Shown: positions 16,780-25,604 of the stretch, in pieces
Layout: each line of letters begins with the position of its first letter
How positions within the stretch are numbered: the first letter of the stretch is position 1
Assembly: GCF_001457615.1 (NCBI RefSeq)
Contig: NZ_LN831024.1
Location: 3,600,001-3,632,000, forward strand
Direction of reading: 5' to 3'
DNA from: Pseudomonas aeruginosa
GTDB taxonomy: Bacteria > Pseudomonadota > Gammaproteobacteria > Pseudomonadales > Pseudomonadaceae
DNA: 32,000 bases
Translations under genes and position numbers: made by a program
The notes under the pieces: generated by a model
What the model saw: the letters and a program-made list of their open reading frames with translations, nothing else
Databases searched by the model: none
What the model was told of the DNA's origin: nothing

Positions 16780-17727
16780 TCAGCGCGGTTGTGCTTCGAG
16801 GAAGCGCAACGCCTGGTACAGCGCCTCGACCCTGGGCATCCGGTAGCCCGCAGCAGCAGCGCGGGCCAGGGGCGCGGCATAGATCGCCGCCAGCTCCAAT
16901 GGCCGCCCATGGGCGAAGTCGTGGTACATGCTCGGCCGATAGTCGGGCATCCGCTCGGTCGCCGCCAGCAGTTGGTCCGCATAGCCCTCAGGCAGGATGA
17001 AGCCGCAGGCGCCGGCAGCACCGATGACTTCCTCCATGATCGCCTCGATCAGCGACCGACTGTCCGCGTTGGCCATCAGCGGCGCGGTGCTGCTCTTCAG
17101 CAATACCGACAGCCCGTTGTAGGGGATGTTCCAGACCAGCTTCTGCCAGCGCGCCTGCTCCAGGTCGGGCATCGCCGTGGACTCCAGCCCGGACTCGCGG
17201 AACAGCGCGGCACCCTCCTCGACGATCTCGCGCCGGCGTCGCTCGTCGGCCGGTCCGGAATGATAGCCGAGATTCACTCCGCCGTAGGCCTGGTGCTCGA
17301 TCACGCCCGGTTCGCCGCGATGCACACAGATGAAGCAGAGGCCGCCCAGCAGATGCAGGCTTTCCGGCAGCAGCGGCCGCAGCCGCTCCTCCACGCCCAG
17401 ACCGTTCTGCAGCAGCAGAACCTTGGCTCCCGGCGCCGCCGCTGCGCGGATCAGGGGTGCCAGTTCGTGATTGCCGGTGGTCTTGGCGCCCACCAGCAAC
17501 CAGTCGCAGGGCGGCATGTCCTGCGCCGAATGGTAGGCCTGGACCGGCGCCAGGCGCCGGAAGCCATGCACCGCACTATTCAGGCTGAGTCCGGCGCGAT
17601 TGACCGCCTCGAACTCGCTGCGCAGGAGAAAATGCACGTCGTGACCGGCATGCGCCAGCATCAATCCATAGAAGCCGCCGATGGCTCCCGTACCGATGAC
17701 GCCGATCCGTTGCTGCTTTGAATCCAT
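16780..17727 (-). CDS. Ketopantoate reductase (ApbA/PanE) family oxidoreductase
   Basis: 315 aa; IGVIGTGAIGGFYGLMLAHAGHDVHFLLR (Rossmann), KTTGNHE, LLQNGLGVEERL, QKLVWNIPYNGLS. Confidence 0.88.
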   Translation of the reverse strand: MDSKQQRIGVIGTGAIGGFYGLMLAHAGHDVHFLLRSEFEAVNRAGLSLNSAVHGFRRLAPVQAYHSAQDMPPCDWLLVGAKTTGNHELAPLIRAAAAPGAKVLLLQNGLGVEERLRPLLPESLHLLGGLCFICVHRGEPGVIEHQAYGGVNLGYHSGPADERRRREIVEEGAALFRESGLESTAMPDLEQARWQKLVWNIPYNGLSVLLKSSTAPLMANADSRSLIEAIMEEVIGAAGACGFILPEGYADQLLAATERMPDYRPSMYHDFAHGRPLELAAIYAAPLARAAAAGYRMPRVEALYQALRFLEAQPR

Positions 17728-18107
17728 CAGGGCAACTCCTCAGGTAAAGCGGTCGACCCCGCCAGCACCGCACCCCGCAAGGCTTCCTGGTGCAGCGGAA
17801 CGTTCAGTGCGCCATGGAAGCGGCCGTCGCGGACCATGAACAGGGCCGGCAGGTGAAAGACGCCGTAGCGTTCCACCAGGCCGCCATTGCGGCCGGCGTC
17901 CACCCAGCACAGGCGCTCGATGGGCAGGTCCATCGCGGGGAGATGGCGCCGGGCCCAGCGGCACGACGCGCAGCCTTCGCTGGTGAATACCAACAGCGAA
18001 ACCCCTTCCAGGGCAAGCAACTGCCGGTCGGCGTCCAGATCGGTGAGTTCCAGGGACGGCACGCTGCTGACCTCGATAGAAAGGAAGAAATGGGGCCCGA
18101 CCATCAT
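17727..18107 (-). CDS. Thioredoxin-like protein
   Basis: Probable start MMVGPHFFLSIEVSS; VSLLVFTSEGCASCRWARRHLP with CxxC and VERYGVFHLPALFMVRDGR. Stop codon overlaps the next gene's ATG by 1 nt. Confidence 0.72.
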   Translation of the reverse strand: MMVGPHFFLSIEVSSVPSLELTDLDADRQLLALEGVSLLVFTSEGCASCRWARRHLPAMDLPIERLCWVDAGRNGGLVERYGVFHLPALFMVRDGRFHGALNVPLHQEALRGAVLAGSTALPEELP

Positions 18108-18409
18108 CCGTAGGCTTCGGCTCCTGCGATAGCGCTGGCGCCCTCCTCGGCCAGCGGATACGCGCAAGGCGCGCCCCTCCGCAGCACCTGCACAATATCG
18201 TCCGCGGCGGCCTCACCTGCAACTCCGCTGGCAGCCTTGGCCCGGAGCAACGAAGAAAACGTGCGCAGAGCGGGGAAAACACCGGCGAACCGCGTCCCGC
18301 CCATTGTCTAGGCCCGGCCCGACACGTTAAGGTTCGTCTCCCCGTTTGCGAACTTCATGCCTGCGCCCTTTCGCAGGGGGCCTCCCGGCGGCCGGCGCCC
18401 GTGACCTGA

Positions 18410-19498
18410 TTGAGTACCACGATGGCTGATTTACAGATCGACGACCTTAACGTTGCCTCCAACGAGACCCTGATCACGCCGGAGCAGCTCAAGCGTGAAA
18501 TTCCCCTGACCGACAAGGCCCTGCAGACCGTGGCCCATGGTCGCCAGGTGGTGCGCGACATCCTGGATGGCAAGGACCACCGTCTGTTCGTGGTGATCGG
18601 CCCCTGCTCCATCCACGACATCAAGGCCGCCCACGAATACGCCGACCGCCTCAAGGCGCTCGCGGCCGAAGTGGCGGATACGCTGTTCCTGGTGATGCGC
18701 GTGTACTTCGAGAAGCCGCGTACCACGGTGGGCTGGAAAGGCCTGATCAACGATCCGTACCTGGACGACTCGTTCAAGATCCAGGATGGCCTGCACATCG
18801 GTCGCCAACTGCTCCGCGACCTCGCCGAGAAAGGCTTGCCCACCGCCACCGAAGCGCTCGACCCGATTTCCCCGCAGTACCTGCAGGACCTGATCAGCTG
18901 GTCGGCGATCGGCGCCCGTACCACCGAATCGCAGACCCACCGCGAGATGGCCTCCGGCCTGTCTTCCGCGGTCGGCTTCAAGAACGGCACCGATGGCAGC
19001 CTGACCGTGGCGATCAATGCCCTGCAGTCGGTCTCCAGCCCGCATCGCTTCCTCGGCATCAACCAGCAGGGCGGCGTATCCATCGTCACCACCAAGGGCA
19101 ACCGCTATGGTCACGTGGTGTTGCGCGGCGGCAACGGCAAGCCGAACTACGATTCGGTCAGCGTCGCGCTCTGCGAGCAGGACCTGAACAAGGCGAAAAT
19201 CCCGCTGAACATCATGGTCGACTGCAGCCACGCCAACTCCAACAAGGACCCGGCCCTGCAACCGCTGGTGATGGACAACGTCAGCAACCAGATCGTCGAA
19301 GGCAACAACTCGATCGTCGGCCTGATGGTGGAAAGCCACCTGGGCTGGGGCAGCCAGCCGATTCCGAAGGATCTCGACCAACTTCAGTACGGCGTTTCCA
19401 TCACCGACGCCTGCATCGACTGGGCGACCACCGAGAAGAGCATCCGCAGCATGCACGCCAAGCTCAAGGAAGTGCTGCCGAAACGCCAGCGCGGCTGA
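18410..19498 (+). CDS. Class I 3-deoxy-7-phosphoheptulonate (DAHP) synthase
   Basis: 362 aa; HRLFVVIGPCSIHD, RVYFEKPRTTVGWKGLINDP, GIPTATEALD-like segment, SVAIGARTTESQ, VMVDCSHANSNKD, GLMVESHLGWG, typical AroF/G/H family. Confidence 0.95.
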   Translation: MSTTMADLQIDDLNVASNETLITPEQLKREIPLTDKALQTVAHGRQVVRDILDGKDHRLFVVIGPCSIHDIKAAHEYADRLKALAAEVADTLFLVMRVYFEKPRTTVGWKGLINDPYLDDSFKIQDGLHIGRQLLRDLAEKGLPTATEALDPISPQYLQDLISWSAIGARTTESQTHREMASGLSSAVGFKNGTDGSLTVAINALQSVSSPHRFLGINQQGGVSIVTTKGNRYGHVVLRGGNGKPNYDSVSVALCEQDLNKAKIPLNIMVDCSHANSNKDPALQPLVMDNVSNQIVEGNNSIVGLMVESHLGWGSQPIPKDLDQLQYGVSITDACIDWATTEKSIRSMHAKLKEVLPKRQRG

Positions 19499-19512
19499 GC
19501 GAGGCGGAAACG

Positions 19513-19541
19513 AAAACGCCGGGCTGATGCCCGGCGTTTTT
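19513..19541. terminator. Rho-independent terminator downstream of DAHP synthase (bidirectional-looking)
   Basis: AAAACGCCGGGC-TGAT-GCCCGGCGTTTTT; perfect 12-bp stem. Confidence 0.93.
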
Positions 19542-19555
19542 CATTGCGCGCCTGC

Positions 19556-19840
19556 TCAGGCGGCCGGATCGGCCTGACGCTGGCGACGCTCGATGTAACG
19601 CTCCACGTAGGAGCAGGACGGGATCACGCTGTAGCCCATGCGGTCGGCGTACTGCAGGGCGTGCTCGGTCAACGCGGCGGCGATACCGCGACCACGCAGC
19701 GAATCCGGTACGAAGGTCCGGTAGATATCCAGCGTCTGCTTGCCCAGGTCCATATAGGCCAGATAGGCACGATGGCCATCCACCGTCGTCTCGAATTGAT
19801 GGCCGCCCACGTCATGATGGATGGACAGGGACTCGCTCAC
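19556..19840 (-). CDS. Small GNAT-family N-acetyltransferase
   Basis: 94 aa from GTG at 19840 with SD GAGGAGAT; FETTVDGHRAYLAYM...VPDSLRGRGIAAALTEHALQYADRMGYSVIPSCSYVERYIERR (RGRGIA acetyl-CoA loop). Confidence 0.87.
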   Translation of the reverse strand: MSESLSIHHDVGGHQFETTVDGHRAYLAYMDLGKQTLDIYRTFVPDSLRGRGIAAALTEHALQYADRMGYSVIPSCSYVERYIERRQRQADPAA

Positions 19841-20224
19841 TTTGGATCTCCTCAACGGGTTCGTAACCCGACCCGCGCCTGATTGATAGGTTCCTCGCGA
19901 GGAAGCCCCCGCGTACCGGCCTCCAGCGGACCGCCGGAGACCTTCGTCCGTTCTCGTCCCGGTGGCGGATCGCGCCTGGCGGACATCCTCGAAACGGCTG
20001 GCCTGCACCGCATGCAAGGCCGGACTAACGATAGGGCCCATATTGCTGTCTTCCCCGGTCAGACTCAACCGTTTCTTCTGGCAGGAACGCGCAGGCGTCG
20101 CTGGAGCCCTGGCCGGGAGGCCGCGCAAGCGCAATCGCGCATGACCCGCGGGTCAGCCAAAGCGCTTTACGCCGACGGCGGCCATCAGTAAGGTCTGCGC
20201 CACTCCACCAAAAGGAATCCTGCC

Positions 20225-20914
20225 ATGAGCGAGTTGATCAGCTACCAGTTCGAAGACGGCATCGCCACCCTGACCCTCAACAACGGCAAGGTGAACGCCA
20301 TCTCCCCGGCGGTGATCGACGCCTTCAACCAGGCTCTCGACCAGGCCTTGCAGGACAAGGCCGTGGTCATCGTCACCGGCCAGCCGGGCATCCTCTCCGG
20401 TGGCTACGACCTGAAGGTCATGACCTCCGGCCCGGAGAATGCCGTCAACCTGGTCGCCGCCGGCTCGACCCTGGCTCGCCGCCTGCTCTCCCATCCCTAC
20501 CCGGTGATCGTCGCCTGCCCCGGGCACGCGGTAGCCAAGGGCGCCTTCCTGCTGCTCTCGGCCGACTACCGGATCGGCGTCGACGGGCCGTTCCAGATCG
20601 GCCTGAACGAAGTCGCCATCGGCATGACCATGCACCATGTCGGCATCGAACTGGCCCGCGATCGCCTGCGCAAGTCGGCGTTCACCCGCTCGGTCATCAA
20701 TGCCGAGATGTTCAGTCCGGCCGCTGCGGTGGATGCCGGCTTCCTCGACACCCTGGTCAGCGCCGACCAGTTGCAGGAAAGCGCGCGTGCAGCGGCCCAG
20801 CAGTTGAAGAAACTCAACATGACCGCGCACCGCAATACCAAGCTCAAGGTGCGCAAGGCACTGCTGGAAACCCTCGACCAGGCGATCGAGCTGGACAAGA
20901 AGCACCTGGGCTAA
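20225..20914 (+). CDS. Enoyl-CoA hydratase/isomerase family protein
   Basis: 229 aa; MSELISYQFEDGIATLTLNNGKVNAISPAVIDAFNQAL...SGGYDLK...HAVAKGAFLLLSADYRIG; SD AAGGAA upstream. Confidence 0.92.
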   Translation: MSELISYQFEDGIATLTLNNGKVNAISPAVIDAFNQALDQALQDKAVVIVTGQPGILSGGYDLKVMTSGPENAVNLVAAGSTLARRLLSHPYPVIVACPGHAVAKGAFLLLSADYRIGVDGPFQIGLNEVAIGMTMHHVGIELARDRLRKSAFTRSVINAEMFSPAAAVDAGFLDTLVSADQLQESARAAAQQLKKLNMTAHRNTKLKVRKALLETLDQAIELDKKHLG

Positions 20915-20929
20915 GGCCCGCTCCAGCGA

Positions 20930-20955
20930 AAGCCCGGTTGATACCGGGCTTTTTT
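20930..20955 (+). terminator. Rho-independent terminator
   Basis: AAGCCCGGT-TGAT-ACCGGGCTTTTTT; perfect 9-bp stem plus T tract. Confidence 0.93.
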
Positions 20956-21063
20956 GCGCCCAATAATTACTTATTACGCAAAGGTAACTCTCCAGAACTG
21001 CTATTTTTAAAAAATTATTACGAATTATCCTGATGACATTCCCAAGGAAAACCGGAGGTCATC

Positions 21064-21252
21064 ATGAAACGCAATGTCTTCGCCGCCATTCTCCTCGGCA
21101 TGGCTACCACCCTCGCAGTGCAAGCCAGCTTCGCCGACGAATCCAGCCTGATGGAAAACCGCATGGTCCAACTGAACCAGCACGCCATCGAGCAGGCCCA
21201 GCAGCAACAGGCCACGGCGCCAACCGCGAGCGACACCGATGCGCAGGGTTGA
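21064..21252 (+). CDS. Small exported protein, hypothetical (62 aa)
   Basis: MKRNVFAAILLGMATTLAVQASFA signal peptide then Glu/Gln-rich tail; preceded by GGAGGTCATC (strong SD). Confidence 0.8.
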   Translation: MKRNVFAAILLGMATTLAVQASFADESSLMENRMVQLNQHAIEQAQQQQATAPTASDTDAQG

Positions 21253-21293
21253 ACGCCGCCTGCCAGGAACGTTTTTCTTTTCCCCGCAACCCT

Positions 21294-21321
21294 GAAAAGC
21301 CCGGCTCACGCCGGGCTTTTC
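21294..21321. terminator. Bidirectional rho-independent terminator
   Basis: GAAAAGCCCGGC-TCAC-GCCGGGCTTTTC perfect 12-bp stem between convergent genes. Confidence 0.92.
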
Positions 21322-21323
21322 GT

Positions 21324-21830
21324 TCAGGCCAGCTTTTCCTCGGCCGCCACGCCCTTGCGATAGACCTCGTAGAGAATCACCGGGATCTCCAGATCGCCCA
21401 GGTGGCGAACCACCAGCGGCTTGACCTCGGACCAGTCCAGCCCGCCCACTCCCGTCGCCACGCAGGGCAGAGCCAGGCTGCTCACCCCTTCGCTGCGCAC
21501 ATAGCGGGCCAGCTCGCGCAGGGCATGGCCGACATCCTCCAGGCTCGCCTTGCCCGGCTTGGCGCTACGACCGCTGTGCAGCATGCCCTGGGTGATCAGG
21601 TTGACGATGCACTGGGTCTTGCCCTGCTCGTCGACCCCGGCCCAGACCCAGATGCCGCCCGGCTCGGGCGCCCTGGCATGGGCGGCATGCCGGTAGTCGC
21701 GAACCATCGACGGCCAGCATTCGCGCAAGGCGAGGGCCAGGCCGCTGTCGAAATGGTCCTGGGGCGCGATGCCGTGGGCGATCACCTGGGCCCCGGAAAG
21801 CAGAATGTCACCTTCAACTTCACGAATCAT
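21324..21830 (-). CDS. Macrodomain (ADP-ribose binding/hydrolase-like) protein
   Basis: 168 aa from MIREVEGDILLSGAQVIAHGIAPQDHF (SD AAGGAA); VEGDIL..., IVNLITQ, SLALPCVATGVGGLDW are macrodomain-style motifs. Confidence 0.75.
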   Translation of the reverse strand: MIREVEGDILLSGAQVIAHGIAPQDHFDSGLALALRECWPSMVRDYRHAAHARAPEPGGIWVWAGVDEQGKTQCIVNLITQGMLHSGRSAKPGKASLEDVGHALRELARYVRSEGVSSLALPCVATGVGGLDWSEVKPLVVRHLGDLEIPVILYEVYRKGVAAEEKLA

Positions 21831-22050
21831 GAGCGTTTCCTTCTTGGCTTCGGGACAGGCGCTTCGTGCGCCGCCCTGCATCTTTCACCGTACGCCTTGC
21901 CCGCCGGCGCCAGTTGATGCGTATCAAGAACGGCCGGTCCCATCCGCTACGGGCCGACTAGACTGCATGCGAGGGAACCTTGGAGGCGCCTCGCCTCTCC
22001 ATTGGATTCCAGCCTCGTGCCGTCTCATCCATGACAAGGAAACAACCGCC

Positions 22051-22539
22051 ATGCCGAAATGGATTGCACTTTGCCTGATCCCGCTGTTGGCAAGCTGCGC
22101 CACCTGCCGCCAGGACAGCGACAGGGAAAAACTGCTGTACGAGAACGACATGCTGCAGGCGAAACTGATCATCGTCGCCAACGACCGCGATCGCCTGCCG
22201 CTGGCCCAGGCCCTGCTGGAGCGCGCGGCGCGCGAGGACCGCAGCGGCGAGGCGGACTTCTACCAGGCCGTGCTGATCGCTCGCCGCGACGGCCAGGCCA
22301 GCGATTGCGAGCGCATCACCCGCCTCCTCGAACGTTCCGCCGAGCGACGCTACCCGCTGGCCAACGCGATGCTCTACAAGATCTACGCCGAGCCCTTCCT
22401 GTTGCCGCGCGCCGATATTCCCAAGGCGGAGACCTATCGCCAGGCCTACGCCGAGCTGCCGGTCGCGCGCAGCGGCTACCCCTCCTTCGAGCGAGCCCGG
22501 CAGGTGGTCGATCGTCTGCTCGCGCCGACTTCGTCCTGA
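22051..22539 (+). CDS. Putative lipoprotein, hypothetical
   Basis: 162 aa; MPKWIALCLIPLLASCATC has an LLASC lipobox; remainder helical (LPLAQALLERAAREDRSGEADFYQAVL...), possibly TPR/Sel1-like. Confidence 0.75.
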   Translation: MPKWIALCLIPLLASCATCRQDSDREKLLYENDMLQAKLIIVANDRDRLPLAQALLERAAREDRSGEADFYQAVLIARRDGQASDCERITRLLERSAERRYPLANAMLYKIYAEPFLLPRADIPKAETYRQAYAELPVARSGYPSFERARQVVDRLLAPTSS

Positions 22540-22693
22540 TCCATCGGGCCCGAACCCGGGCCCCGCAACCCGTACCGGTCGTTCGGCCAAAGCATCATTT
22601 CTGTCGATAGTTAATAGCGCGACAATTCGTTATCCAATCGAATTCTTCTCCGCGATCCTATGCCCATCCGAGGTATCGATCACGGAAGCCGCC

Positions 22694-22912
22694 ATGAAAC
22701 GTCGCAGCCCCCGCCATTACGCCCGCAACACCGCCCTGGCCACCCTGGGTCTGTACGCCATCCTCATGCTGGTCGTGCTGAGCCTCGTCGCCGGCGCCGA
22801 AAGCGCCAGGAACGCCACACCGGACAACGACACCGCCACGACCTTCTCCAACCAGATCGGCCAGGCCCTGCCAGGCCTGCTCTCGGGGTTGAACAGTCGA
22901 CGCGCCGGTTGA
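22694..22912 (+). CDS. Small single-TM hypothetical protein (72 aa)
   Basis: MKRRSPRHYARNTALATLGLYAILMLVVLSLVAGAE... one clear TM helix. Confidence 0.6.
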   Translation: MKRRSPRHYARNTALATLGLYAILMLVVLSLVAGAESARNATPDNDTATTFSNQIGQALPGLLSGLNSRRAG

Positions 22913-22939
22913 ACGCCGGCTTCTTTCCCGGGAAACAGC

Positions 22940-23179
22940 ATGAGAAGGCAAACACGGAAATTCTGGATCGTCGCCGCCCTGGCGATATTGACCAATGGCT
23001 ACTCGCTACTCGGCCTCGCCCAAGGCTCGGCAGGCGCACTGGCGCGCACCATCGAATGCAACCAGGCGATGGTCCGCGCGCTGGCGGCCAACCTGGCGCT
23101 GAAGCTGCAGAGCGGCACCCCGCCGGCACGCCCGCAGCGCTGGATCCCGGAGCGCTTCATCCTCGACTGCCCGGCCTGA
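22940..23179 (+). CDS. Small exported/membrane hypothetical protein (79 aa)
   Basis: MRRQTRKFWIVAALAILTNGYSLLGLAQG N-terminal hydrophobic segment; closely follows the 72-aa ORF. Confidence 0.6.
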   Translation: MRRQTRKFWIVAALAILTNGYSLLGLAQGSAGALARTIECNQAMVRALAANLALKLQSGTPPARPQRWIPERFILDCPA

Positions 23180-23186
23180 AACGAAA

Positions 23187-23216
23187 ACGCCGCCAACCCC
23201 GGGAGGCTGGCGGCGC
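23187..23216 (-). terminator. Terminator for the glutamine amidotransferase gene
   Basis: On the minus strand GCCGCCA...TGGCGGC stem followed by TTTTCGTTTC. Confidence 0.65.
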
Positions 23217-23236
23217 TCGCATGGCGCGGAGCCGGC

Positions 23237-23959
23237 TCAGGCGCCGGTCGGCTGGCGCGCGACGAAACGCATCATCCATTCGGCGACGACGGTGCCCTGG
23301 TGGTCCCCCGCCAGGCTATCGACCCCCTTGCGATAGAGTTCCTCGCCCAGGTGCTGCTGGCGCAGTTCGAGCAGTTCGCGGGAGTAGTCGTGGACGAACT
23401 CGGGATGCCCCTGGAAGCACAGCACCTGGTCGCCGATGGCGTAGGCGGCATAGGGACAGAAGTCGCTGGAAGCGATCACCCGCGCGTTTTCCGGCAGCCG
23501 GGTGACCTGGTCCTGGTGGCTGATCAACAGGGTCAGGTCCGGCAGCGCCGGGCTCATCCAGTCGGCCCGTTCGTTCAACTGGTACTGGTGGATGCCCATG
23601 CCCCAGCCCTGGCTGGCGCGCTCGGCCTTGCCACCGAGCAGCAGGGCCAGCAACTGGTGGCCGAAACACACGCCGAGGAGCTTGTCGCCGCGCTCGTAGC
23701 GGTCCAGGAGGAAGGTCTTCAGGGTCTGGATCCACGGGTCGGGACCGAAGGAGTCGGCCTTGCTGCCGGTCACCAGGTAGGCGTCGAAGCGCTCGTCGTC
23801 CGCCGGATAGCGCCCCTCCACCACGTTGTAGATGACGAATTCGGCGGCGATCGGTTGCTTGGCGAACAGTTGCTGGAACATCCGGCCGTAGCCTTCGTAG
23901 CGCTCGATCAGCTCGGGACGAAGGATATCGGTTTCCAGGATACAGATGCGGAGCGACAT
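23237..23959 (-). CDS. Class I glutamine amidotransferase-like protein
   Basis: 240 aa; DAYLVTGSKADSFGPDPWI, KLLGVCFGHQLLALLLGG (nucleophile Cys), VLCFQGHPEF (His). Confidence 0.9.
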   Translation of the reverse strand: MSLRICILETDILRPELIERYEGYGRMFQQLFAKQPIAAEFVIYNVVEGRYPADDERFDAYLVTGSKADSFGPDPWIQTLKTFLLDRYERGDKLLGVCFGHQLLALLLGGKAERASQGWGMGIHQYQLNERADWMSPALPDLTLLISHQDQVTRLPENARVIASSDFCPYAAYAIGDQVLCFQGHPEFVHDYSRELLELRQQHLGEELYRKGVDSLAGDHQGTVVAEWMMRFVARQPTGA

Positions 23960-24203
23960 AAAGACTCTCTGAAGAAGTGGGGTTATTGTCGTTTTCGTTT
24001 GATTTAATTAACACAGGAGCGCGGGCAAGGGAACCGTCGCCCTGGCCTCGAAAGGAATATCCGGACGATTCGCCAAAAAACAAGCAGCCGGCAGAAAGAT
24101 TCCCGAGACGCCCAGCCGTAAAGAAATCTGCACAGGAGACGGAAGGACTCCCCATGCCCGGAACCGCCACGTAAACTGGCGGTTTTCCCGCGAGGCACAC
24201 GCC

Positions 24204-24575
24204 ATGTTGCTCAAGGCAGTACGTAACGGACTGGGTCAGGCGATTATCCTCGCCGACTTCGTCAGCCGCCCCCGCAAGCTGCAGCGCAGCGCCGAGGCCC
24301 AGGCCGAGGTCGAGCGGGCGCTGCGGAACCTGTCGCTCTACCAGTTCCGCGCCTGTCCGTTCTGCGTGAAGACACGCCGCGCCATGCACCGGCTGAACTT
24401 GCCGATGCAACTCAAGGACGCCATGAACGATCCGCAGGCCCGCCAGGCTTTGCTGGAAGGCGGCGGGAAGGTCAAGGTGCCGTGCCTGCGCATCGAGGAA
24501 AACGGCCAGGTGCGCTGGATGTACGAATCCAGCGAGATCATCGCCTATCTGGAAGGTCGTTTCGCCAACGCCTGA
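24204..24575 (+). CDS. Glutaredoxin/glutathione S-transferase N-terminal-like protein
   Basis: 123 aa; LSLYQFRACPFCVKTRRAMHRLNLP (CPFC), KVPCLRIEENGQVRWMYESSEIIAYLEGRF. Confidence 0.9.
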   Translation: MLLKAVRNGLGQAIILADFVSRPRKLQRSAEAQAEVERALRNLSLYQFRACPFCVKTRRAMHRLNLPMQLKDAMNDPQARQALLEGGGKVKVPCLRIEENGQVRWMYESSEIIAYLEGRFANA

Positions 24576-24583
24576 GCGGCCGA

Positions 24584-25582
24584 TCAACCGCCCCCGGCCG
24601 CGTCCAGGGGCAGCCGGTGGATCAGGAAACGCGCCGGCACCTCGCCCTCGCGCCCCGGCAACAGGCGGTGGCGAATGCGGGACTCGCTGACATAGGCGCA
24701 ACCCTGTCCGGTGACGGTCAGGTTGACCGGCGACTCCAGGCCCTCGCGTATCACTTCGATGCCGCGCCGCCCTGGAGCGAGCGGCTCGGCGATCCGCAGC
24801 ACCTTGCCGGCGCCGCTGCGGATGGCGTTCTCCAGCACGATCAGCGAGCCGTCCGGAGCCAGCGCCATGCCGTCCGGATTCTCCAGCGTTCGGGGCAGCT
24901 CCATCTCGCGCAGCCGCGGACGCGAGGCGACCCCTTCGACGACATGGATCGCCCCGCTACCGAAGTTGCCGACCAGCAGGGTGTCCTCGTCCACCCGGAC
25001 GATGCCCGCCGCGCCCAGGCCGCCGGGGTCGGCCAGGCGGCTGTCGCGCAGCAACACCTGGAACGCCGGTTCCCCGGGCCGCAGCCGCATCAGGCTGCCA
25101 TCCCGGGTTTCGCTCAGGTAGACCGTTCCGTCCGGCGCCACCGCGAGATCGTTGCCCATCCCGTCGCCGGGCAGGGTCAGATATCGGCGCACGGCACCGG
25201 TCGCGAGATCCAGGGCGAACACCCCATGCGGCCGGCGCCGGCCAGCGGGTAGGAAGTCCGGCGAATTGCCCCAGAGCAGGCCACGCGGCTCGTCCAGCCG
25301 CAGCGCGGTGGCAGCGAAGATCGCCGGGCTGCCGGCGAAGAAGGTTTCCCACTCGCCCCCGGGAGGCTTGCTCAGGATGCGCCCGCTGGTGACCAGACCG
25401 ACGTACAGCGTTCCATCGGCGGCATGGGCGATGCCGTTGGGATACCGGGCCCCCGCTGGCAGGACGATGCTCGTCGCGGCGCAGGACGGCTCGCGCTCGC
25501 CCGGCGCACGGGCGAAAACCGGCAAGACGGTCGCCGATACCATGGATACCAGCAGCAACACGGAAGCCTGTCGTCTCATCAT
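24584..25582 (-). CDS. Exported SMP-30/gluconolactonase/LRE-like beta-propeller protein
   Basis: 332 aa; hydrophobic N-terminus; YPNGIAHAADGTLYVGLVTSG, GNDLAVAPDGTVYLSETRDG, LENPDGMALAPDGSLIVLEN repeats. Confidence 0.85.
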   Translation of the reverse strand: MMRRQASVLLLVSMVSATVLPVFARAPGEREPSCAATSIVLPAGARYPNGIAHAADGTLYVGLVTSGRILSKPPGGEWETFFAGSPAIFAATALRLDEPRGLLWGNSPDFLPAGRRRPHGVFALDLATGAVRRYLTLPGDGMGNDLAVAPDGTVYLSETRDGSLMRLRPGEPAFQVLLRDSRLADPGGLGAAGIVRVDEDTLLVGNFGSGAIHVVEGVASRPRLREMELPRTLENPDGMALAPDGSLIVLENAIRSGAGKVLRIAEPLAPGRRGIEVIREGLESPVNLTVTGQGCAYVSESRIRHRLLPGREGEVPARFLIHRLPLDAAGGG

Positions 25583-25604
25583 GCTTTCTCCGTCGATGTG
25601 CGCC

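Noticed and set aside
23316-24701. 461-aa minus-strand ORF spanning the amidotransferase
   Set aside because: Out-of-frame overlap with the convincing glutamine amidotransferase and antisense to the glutaredoxin-like gene; no motifs.
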